In this document: positions 20,081 to 29,307 of the stretch, piece after piece | Position numbering within the stretch: position 1 is the first letter of the stretch | How the letters are laid out: each line of letters begins with the position of its first letter | Assembly: GCF_000012285.1 (NCBI RefSeq) | Contig: NC_007181.1 | Location: 1,140,001-1,172,000 of the forward strand | Length of the DNA: 32,000 nucleotides | Source of the DNA: Sulfolobus acidocaldarius DSM 639 | GTDB taxonomy: Archaea; Thermoproteota; Thermoprotei_A; Sulfolobales; Sulfolobaceae | Reading direction: 5' to 3' | Notes under the pieces: generated by a model | Told to the model about the DNA's origin: nothing | The model's database searches: none | The model's input: only the letters and a program-made list of their open reading frames with translations | Translations under genes and position numbers: made by a program

Positions 20081-21374
20081 GTAATGATATTACCTTGCTG
20101 GAGTACTTTGCCAAATCTACATTAGTGAATGTATATTTTACCTCTAAGAACTCTTTTCTAAACTCTGTTACTTTTTTCTTTACTTCCTTGACGTCTTTAT
20201 TTTCAATCGCTACTTCTCTCATTAGCCTAGCTATAATTCTCATTTCTTCTTCTTTCATCCCAAATCGTGTCATTTCCTGAACTCCCAATCTTACACCACT
20301 AGGATCTTTTACTGCACTAGGTGGATCGTACGGGAGCAAGTTCTTATTAGCTATAATATTAGCTTCCTCGAATAGCTTAGCTACCTTAGCACCTCCTCCC
20401 AAGTTTCTTACATCTATTGCTACTTGGTGACTTTTGGTAAAACCTAAATGTTCACCTATTACCTTAAATCCTTCTGCTGCTAAAGCTTCAGCCAATGCTT
20501 TAGCATTCTTCACTATCTGTTGGGCATACTCCTTTCCGAAATACTTCATTTCTAATGCTGTTATTGCAGTACTTGGCAACCTATGAAGATGATGATTACT
20601 GACAAACCAAGGGAAAATAGTATCACTCACTTTCTTATATAAAGAGTCATCGTTAGTAACTATGAGCCCGCCTTGAGGACCAGGAAATGTTTTATGAGTA
20701 GATGCAGTTACGACATCCGCACCTTCTTCCAAGGGATTATGCCAAGCCTTACCTACAATAAGTCCATATACGTGAGCTGAATCATACACAAGCTTAGCTC
20801 CTACTGCATGAACATGAGGAGCTAGTTCTTTTACAGGATGCGGAAATAGATATAAACTACCGCCTAATGTCACAAACTTAGGTTTTACCTCTTCAATAAG
20901 TTTTATAGCTTTATCTACATCCACATTCATTGATTCTTGATCATAAGGCATTTCAATTTGCTCTATACCCAATGCACCTAATGTACCAAATCTTGTATGA
21001 CTCACATGCGCACCAGCCTGAACAGGAGCAATTACAGCCTTATCTCCTGAATCGGCAAGAACCCTAAAAACGCCTGCATTTGCTATTGTTCCACTAACAG
21101 CTCTTAAGTCTGCATACTTAGAAGAGGATATTTCAGAAACAAGCTTCATTGCTAATTCTTCAATTTCGTCAGCGTATTTAGTACCTTGATAATATCTTTT
21201 AAAAGGTTTCCCTTCAGCGTATCTATACATAAAATCGCTCATATAAACTGACTCAGCTAGAGGACTCATTACATTCTCAGAAGGAATGAGATTTATAGTC
21301 TCTAGCCTTCTCCACCTATTCTGTTCTCTTGTGATCTGAAGAATCTTTTCTAACTCCTCAGGAATTTTATCCAT
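20073..21374 (-). CDS. glyA: Serine hydroxymethyltransferase
   Basis: Motifs are [11 protein letters not shown], the PLP-lysine region [14 protein letters not shown], and VSNHHLH. I prefer the ATG at 21374 ([12 protein letters not shown]) to the track start at 21395. Confidence 0.95.
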   Translation of the reverse strand: MDKIPEELEKILQITREQNRWRRLETINLIPSENVMSPLAESVYMSDFMYRYAEGKPFKRYYQGTKYADEIEELAMKLVSEISSSKYADLRAVSGTIANAGVFRVLADSGDKAVIAPVQAGAHVSHTRFGTLGALGIEQIEMPYDQESMNVDVDKAIKLIEEVKPKFVTLGGSLYLFPHPVKELAPHVHAVGAKLVYDSAHVYGLIVGKAWHNPLEEGADVVTASTHKTFPGPQGGLIVTNDDSLYKKVSDTIFPWFVSNHHLHRLPSTAITALEMKYFGKEYAQQIVKNAKALAEALAAEGFKVIGEHLGFTKSHQVAIDVRNLGGGAKVAKLFEEANIIANKNLLPYDPPSAVKDPSGVRLGVQEMTRFGMKEEEMRIIARLMREVAIENKDVKEVKKKVTEFRKEFLEVKYTFTNVDLAKYSSKVISLLI

Positions 21375-21399
21375 GAAAATAATACGTAATAACAAGTTT

Positions 21400-22635
21400 T
21401 TAAACTTTCATACCACGGCCTAATTTTGCATGGGCTTTACCTAGTTCTTTATTAGCTAATGCTGAAAGCAGGTTAAGCTCACCAGCTAATACAGCTGATG
21501 CAACTATTTCGGCAAACTTCCTAGCATTGGAACCAGGAGGATTCCCGCTTCCTAAGACTCCCATAATCGATAATGCTTCCCTTTGGGTAGGTAATCTAGT
21601 TCCTCCTCCAACTGTTCCCACTTCCAGAGAGTTTAAAGTTATAGAGATATAGAGCCCGTTTTCCCTAACCTCAGTCCACGTGTATCCCATACTACTCTCG
21701 ACAACTTGGGCTATATCTTGACCTGTTGCAAGAAATATTGCTGCTATAATATTTGCGAAGTGTGCGTTATACTGAAATATATTACCAGCCCTAGCACCAC
21801 CTAACCAATTCTTTCTTAAGTTAACCTCGTGAATCAGATGTTTATCTGATTTAAGAGCTGATTTGACTATACTATCAGGTATTAGTGCCTCTGCAACAAC
21901 TGTTTTTCCCCTTCCATGCAATGCATTAATCATTGATTGTTTCTTATCGCTACATACATTACCACTTACAGCTAAACAAGTTGCCTTCCCAAATTCTTTC
22001 TCTATGAACTCACATAATTTCTCAGATGCAATAGTAGCCATATTCATACCCATAGCATCACCGGTACTAAAAACAAACCTTAGCCAAACATTATTACCCA
22101 AGATCAGTGGTTCAATCTTAGATAATTTACCATGAGAAGTGGTACTATTTGCTACTTGCTCTAATTTTTCCTTATTCTTATCTACCCACTCTAGAAACTC
22201 TGCAACGTCTCTTATACTATCTAATTTGAATATAGGCGCTCTCGTCATTCCATCATAAAATATCTTAACTCTGGTTCCTCCACTTAGAGTTACTGCTTTC
22301 GCGCCTCTATTAACACTTGCAATTAATGCTCCCTCTGTGGTTGCTAATGGAACATAAAAATCGCCTTTTGCATATTCACCATCTATTTTTAGTGGACCTA
22401 TGATCCCTAATGGGACTTGAACTGCCCCTATTACATTTTCAGCATTTTTATTTCTTATTTCTGCATAATCTATGATCGTAGAACCTATAGATGGAAGCTT
22501 AGCCCCTGTCAGTTTCTCTATTGCTAATCTTCTTGCAACCATAGCCGCATTAGCTTCAAGTAAATTATCTATTTCATGAAACTGTATTTGACCTTTAACA
22601 ACTTTGTCAACAATGTTATCAATTGTTTCCTGCAT
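21400..22635 (-). CDS. hmgA: 3-hydroxy-3-methylglutaryl-CoA reductase, class I, soluble archaeal form
   Basis: 411 aa. Motifs are [29 protein letters not shown] and GTVGGGT. Confidence 0.95.
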   Translation of the reverse strand: MQETIDNIVDKVVKGQIQFHEIDNLLEANAAMVARRLAIEKLTGAKLPSIGSTIIDYAEIRNKNAENVIGAVQVPLGIIGPLKIDGEYAKGDFYVPLATTEGALIASVNRGAKAVTLSGGTRVKIFYDGMTRAPIFKLDSIRDVAEFLEWVDKNKEKLEQVANSTTSHGKLSKIEPLILGNNVWLRFVFSTGDAMGMNMATIASEKLCEFIEKEFGKATCLAVSGNVCSDKKQSMINALHGRGKTVVAEALIPDSIVKSALKSDKHLIHEVNLRKNWLGGARAGNIFQYNAHFANIIAAIFLATGQDIAQVVESSMGYTWTEVRENGLYISITLNSLEVGTVGGGTRLPTQREALSIMGVLGSGNPPGSNARKFAEIVASAVLAGELNLLSALANKELGKAHAKLGRGMKV

Positions 22636-23041
22636 CTAATACCACTCTAAATTTAATACCATACTGTATTAAACCATTATACGAATCATTCCTCATTCTC
22701 CTAAATACTGCCTCCACTCTTACACCTTCTTTAAGCTTAGAAGGTTCGGCATCAGTAATAGGTGCAACAATGTTTACACCTTCATCAAGTCTCACTAAAC
22801 CTACTATCATCGGAGATTGTTTTTCAAATCCGTCTCTTGGTTGATATAATATAGTGTAATCAACTAAGGAACCAGTACCTTTGCTAAATATTTTTTCTAC
22901 ATCCAAGGAACCGCAAACTTCACATATCTTCTGGTAAGGGAATTTTATATTCCCACATTTTTTACATTTACCTAATGCTAATCTATATAAAGTATCTTTT
23001 AGTCTCCAGCTTGTTGAAGGACTAATTTTCATCCAACTCAC
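22619..23041 (-). CDS. DUF35 Zn-ribbon/OB-fold protein (scaffold subunit of the archaeal thiolase/HMG-CoA synthase complex)
   Basis: 140 aa. A rubredoxin-like CKKC...CEVC is followed by an OB-fold ([15 protein letters not shown]). It overlaps both neighbours (4 nt and 17 nt). Confidence 0.85.
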   Translation of the reverse strand: MSWMKISPSTSWRLKDTLYRLALGKCKKCGNIKFPYQKICEVCGSLDVEKIFSKGTGSLVDYTILYQPRDGFEKQSPMIVGLVRLDEGVNIVAPITDAEPSKLKEGVRVEAVFRRMRNDSYNGLIQYGIKFRVVLDAGNN

Positions 23042-24132
23042 CTACTGAGAACAGCTAAATAAGAAGTATTTCCCAGATCATCATTTGAAAGAATTATTCC
23101 TTTTTCAGCGTTTGCACTCTTACCCTTAAACTGATTTGTCAAATGAAGGAATACCTCCCCTAACTGATATATTGCAGTTCCACCACCGATATAGCCACGT
23201 GCCTTTAATCCACCACTAAGGTTAATGTCAAGAGAATCAACAACATCTAAACCTTTTCCTCTCTCTGCTAGCTTGAGCTCTTCAATTTCTAATGCAGCCA
23301 TAATACTATAAGAATCGTGTATTTCGTATACAACATCTCTCTTTGGCAAATCCCCTAACTCGTTTCTAGCTTTAGCTACTGATGGTAATGAAGGATCAGA
23401 TAGATTCATAGCTCCTATATTTCCTACTATTCCATCAATCTTTACGGGAGAATCAAAATATCTCTTTGCTACTTCATCTGCAGTTACTAGGACTACTGAG
23501 GCACCGTCAGCTCTGGCACCTACATCAAATATTCTTAATGGATCTGAAACTATTTGAGAATTAACCACTGTGTTTTTGTCTACTTTAAATTTCAAATATG
23601 CTAAAGGATTTTCTGATGCGTTTTGATGCATCTTTATAGGCCATTTAGTAAAATACTCATAATCTACGTTATATTTCTTCATATATCTCTTCATTAATAA
23701 TGCACTATATGCATGAGGGGTTATTCCAACGTGGTATGTATAATCGTTATCTAGATTATATGAAAGATATTCATTTACATATTTGGACGGATAATCAGAG
23801 AACTTGTCTATTCCAATAAGTAACACTTTTTTTGCAACTCCTGATTTAATGAACGAGTAAGCGGTTAATATCGATGCACCGCCATTATCTCCGTTCTCAA
23901 TTCTCATAACTTTTGTGTTTTGAAGACCTAAACCAGATGATATCTTGTAAGATGAAAGAATATTTTTCCCTAATACGTCTATATATCCACTAGATACTAT
24001 TACAATATCTGGCTGGTCATACTCCTTAATCTTTGTAATTAGTTGTTTATAAGCCTCAGAAACGAGATCCTTTTCAGAAAGCTCATAATATCTATCTAGC
24101 TTAGTTAGTCCACAACCAACTATTGATACCAC
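23038..24132 (-). CDS. Thiolase-fold (SCP-x/archaeal acetoacetyl-CoA thiolase-like) protein lacking the canonical catalytic Cys and His
   Basis: 364 aa with a GTG start sharing one nt with the HMG-CoA synthase stop (TAGTG). Thiolase-like blocks are present: IVGCGLTK, VLLIGIDK, DGASVVLV, YEIHDSYSI and NLSGGLKA.G. The only Cys is residue 7, and GYI replaces GH(P/A). Confidence 0.85.
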   Translation of the reverse strand: MVSIVGCGLTKLDRYYELSEKDLVSEAYKQLITKIKEYDQPDIVIVSSGYIDVLGKNILSSYKISSGLGLQNTKVMRIENGDNGGASILTAYSFIKSGVAKKVLLIGIDKFSDYPSKYVNEYLSYNLDNDYTYHVGITPHAYSALLMKRYMKKYNVDYEYFTKWPIKMHQNASENPLAYLKFKVDKNTVVNSQIVSDPLRIFDVGARADGASVVLVTADEVAKRYFDSPVKIDGIVGNIGAMNLSDPSLPSVAKARNELGDLPKRDVVYEIHDSYSIMAALEIEELKLAERGKGLDVVDSLDINLSGGLKARGYIGGGTAIYQLGEVFLHLTNQFKGKSANAEKGIILSNDDLGNTSYLAVLSR

Positions 24133-25178
24133 TATTCATACACCTTATATTTACCTGTCGTCTTTGCATATGTAGAATATGAAACAAGCACTTTTCTTTC
24201 AATATAATAATTAACCGTTGGTGCTAATTTTTGCTTTTCTAGAATCTTATCTGTAACTAATATGCTGAAAGCATCGCTGCCTGCACCACTACCGAAGGGT
24301 GCAACAAGAATCCTCTGACCTGGTTTGGCTATATCAAGAACCTTAGCCAAACCCAATAAAGCTGAGGCATTATAGGGATTTCCTATATAAGGAGAAACTA
24401 AACCATCTTTAACTTTATCCATACTAATTTCTAACTTTCTAGCTACTTGAAGAGGAAACTTGCCGTTAGGTTGATGGAAAACAAAGTAATCAAAATCAGA
24501 TATCTTGTAGCCATTTTCCCTGAACAATAAGTTAACAGCTGACAATATATGATCGAAATATGCTGGTTCTCCAGTAAATCCCTCGCCATGCACTGGATAA
24601 GGCATGCCGTCTCTTCTCCAGAAGTCTGGTGTATCTGAGGTATATGAAACAGCTGCCTCTATAACTGCTCCAGCCTCATTCTCTGGACCGACGATATATG
24701 AGACAGATGCAGCAGCAGAACTTAACTCCAATACATCACCGGGATTAGACTGTGCTGTGTCACTCCCTATTACCAAGCCATATTTTATTTTAGAAGCTTC
24801 AACCATACCGCCAACCAGTCTCAACGCAGCCGATGCTCCCCTACAGGCAAATTCCATATCTGCACCTAAACTATCATTAGTTACTCCTAATGCGTCTATA
24901 AGAATTGTTGCAGTAGGCTTTACCGCATATACTTTAGACTCAGATCCGAATAAAACAACGCCTATCTGAGAAGGATCGATATTTGCCCTTCTCAAAGCAT
25001 TCTTTGATGACTCCCATGCCATTGTTGTTGAATCTTCATCTACATCTGGGACTGCTTTTTCTGAGAGACCTAGGTTTTTAACAACCTGACTCTCTAATCC
25101 CCATAAATTAGCTATTTCGTTTACATTTATTCTATATCTAGGAATATATGCACCCCATCCTACAATACCGCTTCGCAT
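24132..25178 (-). CDS. Hydroxymethylglutaryl-CoA synthase (archaeal type)
   Basis: 348 aa. It has the catalytic-Cys motif [13 protein letters not shown], the His motif FHQPNGKF, and the C-terminal GSGAGS. Confidence 0.9.
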   Translation of the reverse strand: MRSGIVGWGAYIPRYRINVNEIANLWGLESQVVKNLGLSEKAVPDVDEDSTTMAWESSKNALRRANIDPSQIGVVLFGSESKVYAVKPTATILIDALGVTNDSLGADMEFACRGASAALRLVGGMVEASKIKYGLVIGSDTAQSNPGDVLELSSAAASVSYIVGPENEAGAVIEAAVSYTSDTPDFWRRDGMPYPVHGEGFTGEPAYFDHILSAVNLLFRENGYKISDFDYFVFHQPNGKFPLQVARKLEISMDKVKDGLVSPYIGNPYNASALLGLAKVLDIAKPGQRILVAPFGSGAGSDAFSILVTDKILEKQKLAPTVNYYIERKVLVSYSTYAKTTGKYKVYE

Positions 25179-25215
25179 GCTATCCTTATTATAACACTTA
25201 TTAACGCATATAAAA

Positions 25216-25257
25216 TTTTCGACACTTGTTGAAACCTATATAGTCAATTGTCGAAAA
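25216..25257. promoter_or_regulatory. Perfect 9-bp inverted repeat TTTTCGACA-N24-TGTCGAAAA upstream of the HMG-CoA synthase operon
   Basis: The half-sites are at 25216-25224 and 25249-25257. The proximal half abuts the minus-strand TATA (TTTTATAT, 25215-25208), which lies ~33 nt upstream of the ATG at 25178. Confidence 0.3.
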
Positions 25258-25300
25258 ACTAATTAGGGAAATTGGTTACAAATAGGTAGATGATGAAATT

Positions 25301-25307
25301 AAAAAAA
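25301..25307 (-). terminator. Oligo-T tract (T7 followed by AATTT) downstream of the SpeH-like gene
   Basis: The minus strand reads CTCTTTTTTTAATTTC starting 21 nt after the stop at 25329. Archaeal RNAP terminates at such T-runs. Confidence 0.4.
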
Positions 25308-25328
25308 GAGATCGATGATCAACTCAGC

Positions 25329-25721
25329 TCACTCTGAACTTCTATCTGCGAAAAACATTTGATGACGTTTAGGTTTTAAATTAGATACAATAAACTCAAA
25401 GGCAGCTTGAGGATTACTGTCAACTCCGCATGTATAGACGTCTAGTGTTGCATATTTATATTCGTTCCATGTATGTAGAGCGATATGACTCTCCTCTACT
25501 AGGGCTATTACAGATACCCCACCCTTCTTGCCACCAAAACTCCATGACTTTATCTCTACTAGGTTCATTTTAGCTATTTTAACAGCTTCTAAAACTAATC
25601 CTTCTAGAAGATCCTTATCCATAAGCAACTTATCATCGATATCATATAAGTTTCCGAAAACGTGCTTACCTACTATTCTATCCTGATTAGAGGGGGTTTG
25701 AGAAGAAAGTTGTTGTGACAT
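25329..25721 (-). CDS. Pyruvoyl-dependent decarboxylase proenzyme of the SpeH/AdoMetDC family (AdoMet or arginine decarboxylase)
   Basis: 130 aa. [29 protein letters not shown] contains the E-S self-cleavage site and the HTW..Y...D.YTCG signature. Confidence 0.85.
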   Translation of the reverse strand: MSQQLSSQTPSNQDRIVGKHVFGNLYDIDDKLLMDKDLLEGLVLEAVKIAKMNLVEIKSWSFGGKKGGVSVIALVEESHIALHTWNEYKYATLDVYTCGVDSNPQAAFEFIVSNLKPKRHQMFFADRSSE

Positions 25722-25830
25722 CTCCTTTTCTATTACCCTCCATCACCACTTGTACAGAATGAGATATATAAAGTAAACTATTCCTGTTATCCTTTGAAAT
25801 AAACTAATATACGAGAATGTAATATGGCTC

Positions 25831-26673
25831 ATGATGGCTAATAAATACCTTATTGCACTTGGAATAATCATACTCGTTTTAGTATCTATAGGAGTACTCT
25901 TCTATACCCAGAATAGAGATATAGTAGTTTATCCAGAGATTTACAGCTTTAGCCTTAACTACAATACGGGAAATGTAACATACGTTTTCTACGTTAATGG
26001 AGTAAATAATGGATTATTCTCAACCACATTGAATATAACCCTTTACGTCCAGGCTGCAACCTTAAGCCAAACTAATAACGTTTCACATTACGTATACAAG
26101 AACTATCAAAAAAGTGTTACATTATCACTACAATCACACTCTTCTGAAGGAGCTTTTGTAGCAGTTACTATTCCTGTTAACTATCAGATAACCGATGTAG
26201 GAATATACGGAACTGGTAGTTTTAATTATGCTTTGCAATACAAGCCAAATAGTACTTTAGCTTCTCAACTGTTCGCATATGAACAATTAGCTAGCCGTTT
26301 TCAGACTCCTTCATCAGCTTACTCAACTACTACAAATGCCAGTATTAAACCAATAAAAGGAGTCGCATATGGAATTCAGCAAAGTCCAGTTTATTTTACC
26401 TATTATGTTAAGAATAACACTGTAATTAGAGTTAATTACTTCTTCCTTAATGCAAGCCTATTAAAAATACAGCCTGGTGAGTACACTGTTAAGGTTTATG
26501 CTAATAACACTCTAATTAATCAAACACAAATAACCTTAAACCCTAAGCAAATTTCTATTGTATTATTTCCATTATCCTATCAATCAACATCTGAGAAGTA
26601 TGATATTTCAGTATACCTTTATAACGACTCAGTTACTTATTACTTTTATTTCGAGGATCTGGAATTAGGGTAA
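25831..26673 (+). CDS. Membrane-anchored, probably extracellular N-glycosylated protein of unknown function
   Basis: 280 aa. It has an N-terminal hydrophobic anchor (YLIALGIIILVLVSIGVLFY), then a Tyr/Asn/Thr-rich beta-type sequence with at least 10 N-x-S/T sequons. Confidence 0.6.
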   Translation: MMANKYLIALGIIILVLVSIGVLFYTQNRDIVVYPEIYSFSLNYNTGNVTYVFYVNGVNNGLFSTTLNITLYVQAATLSQTNNVSHYVYKNYQKSVTLSLQSHSSEGAFVAVTIPVNYQITDVGIYGTGSFNYALQYKPNSTLASQLFAYEQLASRFQTPSSAYSTTTNASIKPIKGVAYGIQQSPVYFTYYVKNNTVIRVNYFFLNASLLKIQPGEYTVKVYANNTLINQTQITLNPKQISIVLFPLSYQSTSEKYDISVYLYNDSVTYYFYFEDLELG

Positions 26674-26790
26674 ATATTAACCTTTATTTTGACCCTTTAA
26701 TCAAGAATATCATTACAGGAAAAGTATAATTAACTCAATAAATCCCCAAAATTTTCCTCACATAATTATAAGTCAGATTAGCGATAAAAG

Positions 26791-26797
26791 TTTATAA
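26791..26797 (+). promoter_or_regulatory. TATA box (TTTATAA) with an upstream purine-rich BRE-like GATAAAAG, for the tRNA gene
   Basis: It is centred 27 nt upstream of the tRNA 5' end at 26821. Confidence 0.5.
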
Positions 26798-26820
26798 GCA
26801 TGATATTCCAAAATAAAATC

Positions 26821-26915
<95 letters not shown>

Positions 26916-27082
26916 CTGAAGAATTTTTCATCATTTCTAGCTTCACGTTGCATATATTGAGGTATAAATTACTGATAGACATAGAAAATTACATGAATAA
27001 GTTTAATTGCTTATTCATACCTTAAAGCATTAGAAGAAATTATTTAATATTCTGCCCCGATCTAATAAATGCTGAATTCAAG

Positions 27083-27616
27083 TTGAAGGCGACTGTGACA
27101 TATTATAAACCAGAAGAGATTCCGATTGTCCCAGGTCTTGTTGGAATTAAAGTGATAAAGGTTCAAGAAGAACAAATAGAGTATAGAAAGGAAGAAGAAT
27201 TGGAAAATATTGAACGTGAAAATTTGATAGTATATATCGTTAGTAATAATGGGCTAAGAGTAGTAAACGGGCTAAAAAGTAAATACGCATTACCTGAGCC
27301 CCTTAAACTGCTACGAATTGGTGTACCAAAAGAAGTTAACTCTGAAAATATTACGTTTGAATACGTAACATTTTTCGATAAGGATTACGTATTAATAGGT
27401 TTTTATACTACTTATGAATTCGACAAACCTTTTGTTGTGTTAGAGTTTGAGAAAAATCAGACTAAAATAATTTCAAAGAGCGAGAACGATAGAGCAGAAG
27501 TAGTCACAAACCAAAAAGTTAAGAAAAAAACCAGTAAGAAAAAGAAGAGAAAGAAAAGTGCTAAGAAGTCTAGTTCTAAACGAAAAATTAAGGGCAAGAG
27601 TACTAGAAAGAGCTGA
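27083..27616 (+). CDS. Hypothetical protein with a highly basic Lys/Ser-rich C-terminal tail
   Basis: 177 aa with a TTG start. A globular ~135-aa N-terminal part is followed by [35 protein letters not shown] recognise no family. The 3' end overlaps ogg by 59 nt. Confidence 0.55.
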   Translation: MKATVTYYKPEEIPIVPGLVGIKVIKVQEEQIEYRKEEELENIERENLIVYIVSNNGLRVVNGLKSKYALPEPLKLLRIGVPKEVNSENITFEYVTFFDKDYVLIGFYTTYEFDKPFVVLEFEKNQTKIISKSENDRAEVVTNQKVKKKTSKKKKRKKSAKKSSSKRKIKGKSTRKS

Positions 27617-28169
27617 AGAATTCCTGCTAAATAACAAAGCAGACGAAGAAGTATGGTTTAGAGAACTAGTACTATGTATATTAACGTCTAATTCCTCATT
27701 TATCTCAGCTTACAAATCAATGAACTATATACTTGATAAAATATTGTATATGGACGAGAAAGAAATATCTATTCTTCTCCAGGAATCTGGATACAGGTTT
27801 TATAACTTAAAAGCTAAGTACCTTTACCGAGCAAAGAACCTTTATGGTAAAGTTAAGAAAACTATCAAAGAAATAGCAGACAAAGACCAAATGCAAGCAC
27901 GAGAGTTTATTGCAACCCATATATATGGTATAGGCTATAAAGAGGCTAGCCATTTTTTAAGAAACGTCGGTTATCTAGATCTTGCAATAATAGATAGGCA
28001 TATTCTTAGGTTTATTAACAACTTAGGAATACCTATAAAACTGAAAAGTAAGAGGGAATACTTACTAGCAGAAAGTTTACTTAGAAGCATTGCAAATAAT
28101 CTTAATGTTCAAGTGGGTTTGTTGGATTTATTTATATTTTTCAAACAAACTAATACTATCGTAAAATAG
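27558..28169 (+). CDS. ogg: 8-oxoguanine DNA glycosylase/AP lyase, archaeal Ogg2-type (HhH-GPD superfamily)
   Basis: 203 aa with a GTG start. It has the HhH-GPD region [23 protein letters not shown], with the Lys and Asp in the expected spacing. Confidence 0.85.
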   Translation: MLRSLVLNEKLRARVLERAEEFLLNNKADEEVWFRELVLCILTSNSSFISAYKSMNYILDKILYMDEKEISILLQESGYRFYNLKAKYLYRAKNLYGKVKKTIKEIADKDQMQAREFIATHIYGIGYKEASHFLRNVGYLDLAIIDRHILRFINNLGIPIKLKSKREYLLAESLLRSIANNLNVQVGLLDLFIFFKQTNTIVK

Positions 28170-28373
28170 AACAAAAAAGTATAAAAAGGAGTATAAATGA
28201 TTAGTTGTGAAACAAAAATGCTAAGACGTGAAAATTTCAATCGTCTTGCAGTTGAATTAAAAGTTGAAAATTCTCTTATAGATTTATTTTTACTTGTAGC
28301 TTCTGTTTCTTGTTCATCATCAATCTCATCATGTTAAACACTATTTGATAATTCTTGAATGGGTGGGAAGACT

Positions 28374-29306
28374 ATGCAAGTCAAGATACTAATAACAGAC
28401 CCTATAAGTGAAATTCTCATAAATAAATTAACAAAATATAATATCAAAATAGATTATAGACCCGATATATCAAAGGAGGAATTACAAAAAATAATTTATG
28501 ATTATGATGTGATAGTAGTAAGAAGTAGAACCAGAGTAGATAAAGAATTAATAGAGAAAGGTAAGAAATTAAAAGTAATTGCAAGGGCTGGTATAGGAGT
28601 AGATAATATAGATACTGAAGAAGCTGAAAAAAGAAATATAAGAGTTGTATACGCACCAGGGACATCTACTGATTCTGCTGCAGAGTTAACAATAGGACTA
28701 ATGATAGCAGCAGCAAGAAACTTATATAATGCTATAAATTTAGCAAAAACAGGCGTATTCAAGAAAATTGAAGGAGTAGAACTTGCTGGCAAGACAATAG
28801 GAATTATAGGGTTTGGAAGGATCGGAAGTAAAGTAGCTACCGTTGCCAACGCTCTCGGAATGAAAGTACTAGCTTATGATATACTCGATATTAAGGAGAG
28901 AGCTCTGAAGATGGGAGCAGAACCTTGTACTTTAGATGATATGTTACCAAGAGCCGATATAATAACACTTCATGTAACTGTAGGTAAAGAAACAAAGTAT
29001 ATTTTAGATAGGGAACAATTTGAGAAAATGAAAAACAACGTTATTATAGTTAACACCAGTAGAGCAGCTGTGGTAAACGGAAAGATATTACTTGAATTTA
29101 TCAGAAAGGGAAAAATATTCGCATACGCTACCGACGTATTCTGGAATGAGCCTCCTAAAGAAGAATGGGAATATGAATTACTTAGACATGAGAGAGTAAT
29201 AGTCACTCCTCATATTGGAGCACAGACTAAAGAAGCTCAAGATAGAGTGGCAGAAGTTACCGCACAAAATCTCATAAATGTGATGAAAGAGATGAGGTTG
29301 ATTTAA
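28374..29306 (+). CDS. serA: D-isomer-specific 2-hydroxyacid dehydrogenase, short D-3-phosphoglycerate dehydrogenase type (no ACT domain)
   Basis: The NAD motif is [13 protein letters not shown], and the catalytic R/E/H set is present ([15 protein letters not shown]). I prefer the ATG at 28374 (MQVKILITD) over 28359, because a TATA-like TTTGATAA lies ~27 nt upstream. Confidence 0.8.
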   Translation: MQVKILITDPISEILINKLTKYNIKIDYRPDISKEELQKIIYDYDVIVVRSRTRVDKELIEKGKKLKVIARAGIGVDNIDTEEAEKRNIRVVYAPGTSTDSAAELTIGLMIAAARNLYNAINLAKTGVFKKIEGVELAGKTIGIIGFGRIGSKVATVANALGMKVLAYDILDIKERALKMGAEPCTLDDMLPRADIITLHVTVGKETKYILDREQFEKMKNNVIIVNTSRAAVVNGKILLEFIRKGKIFAYATDVFWNEPPKEEWEYELLRHERVIVTPHIGAQTKEAQDRVAEVTAQNLINVMKEMRLI

Positions 29307-29307
29307 A

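Noticed and set aside
25290-25337. Second C/D-box-like pattern on the + strand: AUGAUGA (25290-96), a degenerate GAUGA (25314-18) and CUGA (25334-37).
   Set aside because: The spacing is wrong (11 nt to a GAGA, 15 nt to the D box). The first guide would be the low-complexity AAUUAAAAAAAG, which is simply the antisense of the SpeH-like gene's oligo-T terminator. The C' box is poor and there is no terminal pairing.
26916-26934. Minus-strand AUGAUGA (26934-26928) followed by exactly 12 nt, suggesting an antisense C/D sRNA abutting the tRNA.
   Set aside because: The position where D' should be reads UGCC, and no C' or D boxes follow. The sequence runs straight into the antisense of the tRNA acceptor stem.
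26993-27018. Perfect 9-bp hairpin ATGAATAAG-N8-CTTATTCAT in the spacer downstream of the tRNA.
   Set aside because: It is a purely A/T-rich short stem, not next to a TATA box or a gene end in a meaningful way. Such a stem is expected by chance in ~33% GC DNA, so it is noted only.
26916-27082. Possibility that the tRNA gene marks an integration site (att duplication, integrase remnant, viral or plasmid genes).
   Set aside because: I found no second copy of the tRNA 3' half in the window and no integrase-like ORF. The flanking genes, ogg and a conserved-looking basic protein, are chromosomal in character.
28197-28337. 46-codon ORF (MISCETKMLRRENFNRLAVELKVENSLIDLFLLVASVSCSSSISSC) in the 204-bp ogg / serA spacer, together with short direct repeats (AGTTGAA x2, GTGAAA x2).
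   Set aside because: It has no recognisable motif, a low-complexity Ser/Cys tail, and no TATA box at proper distance from the first ATG. It cannot be distinguished from a chance ORF in AT-rich DNA without conservation or expression data.
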